DNA of 64,000 bases from a virus, in IMG/VR virus record IMGVR_UViG_3300042402_004628, positions 6,831-70,830 of that record; one strand, 5' to 3'. A program made the translations under genes and the position numbers. Below are positions 60,433-64,000 of this stretch, in pieces. The notes below the pieces were generated by a model. The model saw nothing but the letters and a program-made list of their open reading frames with translations. It ran no database searches and was not told where the DNA came from. Each line of letters opens with the position of its first letter. The stretch's first letter is position 1.

Positions 60433-62295
60433 TTATTTTACCTCGGTTACAGTACCCTGTTCAGATTCTTTTTTCTCTTGGATTTGCTTTAACAATTCCA
60501 TTCCAAGTAAGCCATTGATTGGGCTACTATCACCACTACCTGTGATAAGAATCTCAGGGATGATTTTGATACCATTTGTACCAATCATTTCGGTAACTTT
60601 AAGTTTACCAAAGTTTTCAACACCCATAGCTTTAACTTGCTTTTCGTAAGCCTCAGCAGTTGATTTACCAATCGCGGAAATCTTAGATGCTTCAGCATCA
60701 CCAGTCAATTTAATCTGCGTAGCATCAGCTTCAGCGTTCAATTTCTTAGCTTCAGCTTGAGCGGCAGCTTTTAATTTCAAGGCTTGTGCTTCACCCTCAG
60801 ATTTCTTAACAGCGGCCTCAGCTTCACGTTGAGAAATCTCAACCGATTGTTGTGCTGACACCATTTGTCCTTGCATATCGGCAAGTGCTTTAGCCGATTC
60901 AAGCGTCTTACGTTTATCTTGAGCTTTGCGTTGAGTGTCAAATGTTACCTCTTCTTCTTGTGCAATCTTACGGTCAGTAAGAGTTTTCATCAGAGAGTCT
61001 GGTGGTGTGATGTCACCAATAAGCGTATCAACCGCATGCACGTTGTATTCTTCAAGAACCGTGCTGATCTTATCTTTAGCAGCATTCTGTCTTTGTTGAC
61101 GAGTTGATAAGAACGCAATCACATCAGAATCTTGTGCCGAGTTACGGAAATAGTTACCGATGGTTGGTTCAAGAACTTGTGACACAAGGTTCTGCATTGA
61201 GCCGAAACGAGCAATTACTTTAGGCGCTTCGGTTGATGGGATGTGGATAATCTGTGAAACATCCAAATTGAATGGGAAACCGTCTTGTGAACGTACTGTG
61301 ATGGTACTCAAGTTCTTATCAAGATTGTGTGATTCATTACGAGCATTTGCCCAGTTAAGAACCAAGTTTGTTGTTGGTACTATCTCAATCTTCTGTGTAT
61401 AAGGATTGATTGCGTATTTACCTGGATCCAATGGGGTTGCCCACACACCTTTCTGACCTTTTTTAACGATGTTACCGTGTTTAAAATCACTTCCAGTGGT
61501 GTCTTCACCATCTTCACCAACATAAGAGATAACAACACCAACATGACCGATAGGAATGGATGTCATTTCTTTCTTCTCAACTTCGATTGCCCATGGGTTC
61601 AATGAATAAGAACCAGCTTGAATAACTTGGATTTGTAAACCCCTTTGTCCACCATTAGCCAAAAACTTATCAAAGTCTTGGAAATTATTGTGACCGCTAA
61701 CCACAGAACCAGCGATTGAACCAATCTCAAGTGGTGTACCATCAAGTGCTGTAACAACGCCAACCATACCATCTTCAATGTATGTGATGTCAGCGAGGAA
61801 TATCTCGAATAAATGGGTATTAACACGATACACACCGTTGTTTAAATAACCAACTTGTTTACCACGTTGTCCACCTGTTGATAAAAACGCTCTAGCATCT
61901 TGGTAATCATCACAATCAACGTGTCGAGCCAAGATAGCACCCTTTGGTAACTGTGCGCCATCTTTAGCTGATAACAAGCCGATCTTACCTTTAGGTATTG
62001 TTGTTAAAGGGGCTTGTTCGATTTCGAATTGCCATATCCAGTAAGCCCAATATAAACCTGGGGCTAATGTGTCGGCCTGAAAGCCTGGTTCATTGTTTAA
62101 GGCGATAATCTTACCATCGGGTAATTGTTTATTGGGGCCAAAAAGTACAAATTTTTTGGTCACCAAACCAATTTTGTCTTCAGGTATGATAACCATACCA
62201 AAGAACACTCGTAGTACGAACTTGTAGAATACTACCATGAGGATCGGGATTAAAACCCATGCGTAACCCAATACGCTAGTTAATTGTTCTGTCAT
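60433..62295 (-). CDS. flotillin-like SPFH/band-7 protein (YqiK-type) with EA-rich C-terminal coiled coil
   Basis: N-terminal TM, SPFH-like core, 'AEAAVKKSEGEAQALKLKAAAQAEAKKLNAEADA' flotillin-type repeats. Confidence 0.7.
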   Translation of the reverse strand: MTEQLTSVLGYAWVLIPILMVVFYKFVLRVFFGMVIIPEDKIGLVTKKFVLFGPNKQLPDGKIIALNNEPGFQADTLAPGLYWAYWIWQFEIEQAPLTTIPKGKIGLLSAKDGAQLPKGAILARHVDCDDYQDARAFLSTGGQRGKQVGYLNNGVYRVNTHLFEIFLADITYIEDGMVGVVTALDGTPLEIGSIAGSVVSGHNNFQDFDKFLANGGQRGLQIQVIQAGSYSLNPWAIEVEKKEMTSIPIGHVGVVISYVGEDGEDTTGSDFKHGNIVKKGQKGVWATPLDPGKYAINPYTQKIEIVPTTNLVLNWANARNESHNLDKNLSTITVRSQDGFPFNLDVSQIIHIPSTEAPKVIARFGSMQNLVSQVLEPTIGNYFRNSAQDSDVIAFLSTRQQRQNAAKDKISTVLEEYNVHAVDTLIGDITPPDSLMKTLTDRKIAQEEEVTFDTQRKAQDKRKTLESAKALADMQGQMVSAQQSVEISQREAEAAVKKSEGEAQALKLKAAAQAEAKKLNAEADATQIKLTGDAEASKISAIGKSTAEAYEKQVKAMGVENFGKLKVTEMIGTNGIKIIPEILITGSGDSSPINGLLGMELLKQIQEKKESEQGTVTEVK

Positions 62296-62364
62296 TTTTT
62301 TATTTTTTTAAATGTTGTACAAAGGTAAGTTAAAATTTTTAAATCACCAAATTTTTTTATAAAA

Positions 62365-62619
62365 TTATTTAATGGTTTTGTTGAGTGAATCAATCATATG
62401 CATCGCATCATTCCAAGTAACTTCTTTTGAAAGCTGGATTGTGTAATCAGCGGCATTTTCAACATTTACGTTGATGGCTGGTACTCCGTGTGAGTACCTA
62501 CCATCAAGTTCGTATGCTACAACTTTTTTTGGTGATAGAATAAAATAAATCCCAACCGATAGGACTGATGCTACAACTAGCATCAAAAAGTATAACCAAG
62601 ATTTTTCCATTGTGCTCAT
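62365..62619 (-). CDS. small single-TM protein (possible NfeD/YqiJ-like flotillin partner)
   Basis: N-terminal TM; immediately upstream of the flotillin gene. Confidence 0.4.
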   Translation of the reverse strand: MSTMEKSWLYFLMLVVASVLSVGIYFILSPKKVVAYELDGRYSHGVPAINVNVENAADYTIQLSKEVTWNDAMHMIDSLNKTIK

Positions 62620-62620
62620 C

Positions 62621-64000
62621 TTATAATTTATTTAAACGTTCACGAATTTCAGTTAATGTTGTTTGGTTGTGGAACTTACCATCTTCATAAATGGTTTGTA
62701 AGATTCCAGTTCCCTCTTGCTCCCAAGTACATTGAGTTAATACCTCATGGTCTTCAGTTACACAGATCAAACCTTTCAAAGATTTCTTGGTACCATCATC
62801 AGTTACTGGATCTTTGTAGATGTTGTAACCAACCTTTCCTTTTGGAATTAAAGCACTTCCCAAAAGTCCATCGGCTGAAGGTATAGTATCAAACTCCTCA
62901 ACTTCAAACCAAGCACCTTTGGCTGCGAAACCTAAAGTGTCACGGGTATTCATTTGGTAAGTAAATGAACCAACACCCAATACAATGTTTGTTGCCGCAA
63001 ATCCTTTTGCTTCCAATCTCTTGTAGATTTCAATTTGACGGTCTAATGTGATTGAATCTCCGTAGATTGCTCCGATGTGTGGGTCAAGAACCTTGTAACC
63101 TTGTTCATTGATTGTTCCACCAAAGATGTCCCAAAGTAATTCTATTACCCCGACTTCAGCAGGTGTTTTATACTCACCAGGCGCATCGGATAATTGTTCT
63201 TCTCTACCACAAATAATATCAACTGGATCACCAGAGTCAGGACGAATTACTAACTTACCGTCACGAGCCATGATAGCTTCTTTGTTTGCTGGTAAGTATT
63301 CAGTAATCAACTTCCACAAATCAAATGTGTCAGATACAATTGATAGGATTCCATTCGGAAAATCTACCAACCAATCGGCAATCATTTGTTGTTCACCAAC
63401 AGTAAAGATTTTTGTTGTTGATACAGAGTGTTCAGATGCGTTAACCGAGTTAATGCACACTTCGTCTTTTGGTTCATTATAGAAATAACGAGCCCCTGGA
63501 ATACAGATGATTGTATCTGAACCACGGAACGATGTTGCATGTCCCATTCCACTAGTCAACATATCCCATGGTGATAAACCACGTGCTGAAAAGTCATGAC
63601 ACATAAAAGGAATTAACCAAGCTGTTGATGGGTCGGTTTTCATAACCCACTCAACAACATTACGTTTGTATTGCAATGCTATTGTTGCTGATGTGGATGG
63701 TTTCCAAGCCAACGAACTGATAATTGTTTCCAAATACAATGTCAACCACGCAAACCCATCGACAGTATTGATGAAAGTCATGTGTGGAACATTTGGGTTT
63801 GTTTCAATACCTTCAGGTAGTGCTTTAACACGAATAGGTAAGTAACCTAATCTGTGTAGTGCAACGAAGTGTGATGCATCGTAATCCATTCCAAGATACA
63901 ATGACATATCTTTTCCAAAGTTAACCGCAACTTCCTCGGGTAAACTGAAAAAGTTCTCTTGAAATTCATCATGTAACCATTTAACAACCAATTGTTGTCC
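62621..64000 (-). CDS. nadV: nicotinamide phosphoribosyltransferase (NAMPT/NadV), 5' end beyond the window
   Basis: 'IRPDSGDPVD', 'GSDTI', C-terminal 'IYKDPVTDDGTKKSLKGLICV' match NAMPT; the frame stays open to position 64000 (the track start 63991 is a TTG artefact). Confidence 0.8.
   Translation of the reverse strand, partial: GQQLVVKWLHDEFQENFFSLPEEVAVNFGKDMSLYLGMDYDASHFVALHRLGYLPIRVKALPEGIETNPNVPHMTFINTVDGFAWLTLYLETIISSLAWKPSTSATIALQYKRNVVEWVMKTDPSTAWLIPFMCHDFSARGLSPWDMLTSGMGHATSFRGSDTIICIPGARYFYNEPKDEVCINSVNASEHSVSTTKIFTVGEQQMIADWLVDFPNGILSIVSDTFDLWKLITEYLPANKEAIMARDGKLVIRPDSGDPVDIICGREEQLSDAPGEYKTPAEVGVIELLWDIFGGTINEQGYKVLDPHIGAIYGDSITLDRQIEIYKRLEAKGFAATNIVLGVGSFTYQMNTRDTLGFAAKGAWFEVEEFDTIPSADGLLGSALIPKGKVGYNIYKDPVTDDGTKKSLKGLICVTEDHEVLTQCTWEQEGTGILQTIYEDGKFHNQTTLTEIRERLNKL

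Noticed and set aside
1-64000. Prophage boundaries, integrase, att sites, terminase/capsid genes
   Set aside because: No integrase, recombinase, terminase or capsid motifs were recognised in this window. I therefore could not decide from this window alone whether this is a free phage or a prophage.

Overview
The window is AT-rich (about one-third GC), almost entirely coding, and looks like part of a large dsDNA phage (or prophage) of a Bacteroidetes/Flavobacteriia-type host. I found no rRNA, tRNA, CRISPR array, integrase or transposase. Host assignment rests on the promoter type (-33 TTTG, ~20-nt spacer, -7 TAnnTTTG) and the absence of Shine-Dalgarno leaders.

Four modules are evident:
- **A, 1-13.9 kb (mixed strands):** larger genes with hairpin terminators: a UvrD-like SF1 helicase, a class-II aaRS/AsnA-like protein, a GNAT-like protein with tandem peptide repeats, a ParB-like+Nudix fusion, and four proteins sharing an N-terminal 'LNEEIxRxxxMMGL(N/S)E' leader.
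- **B, 14.1-32.8 kb (minus strand) and C, 32.85-46.4 kb (plus strand):** two divergent arms of about 70 short transcription units. Each unit is one highly conserved ~35-bp promoter, one or two small ORFs (many leaderless), then a GC hairpin with a T-run. I count more than 60 promoter copies. Recognisable products are few: a SprT-like metallopeptidase, a DUF262/ParB-like protein, a DUF932-like protein, two divergent paralogs, Zn-ribbon proteins, and secreted or membrane mini-proteins. Three promoter-terminator units carry no ORF and are candidate sRNAs.
- **D, 46.9-64 kb (minus strand):** a tightly packed operon of auxiliary metabolic and membrane genes: NAMPT/NadV (5' end outside the window), a flotillin-like SPFH protein with a small TM partner, adenylosuccinate synthetase, DHFR, an HD-domain small-alarmone-hydrolase-like protein, a lipoprotein tyrosinase, an ABC-exporter transmembrane domain with no ATPase, and several lipoproteins.

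Both convergent module junctions (13.96-14.03 kb and 46.74-46.80 kb) carry G-run structures. An array of six GAATTCA repeats with a promoter and a long inverted repeat sits at 45.68-45.96 kb.

The ORF track over-extends many ORFs into the promoter: it uses the TTG of the -33 element as a start, giving the recurring artefactual 'MQVKFISFIF...' N-termini. I corrected these to the first ATG after the promoter. Coordinates I derived by hand (promoters, terminators, repeats, small ORFs) are approximate to about 2 nt.
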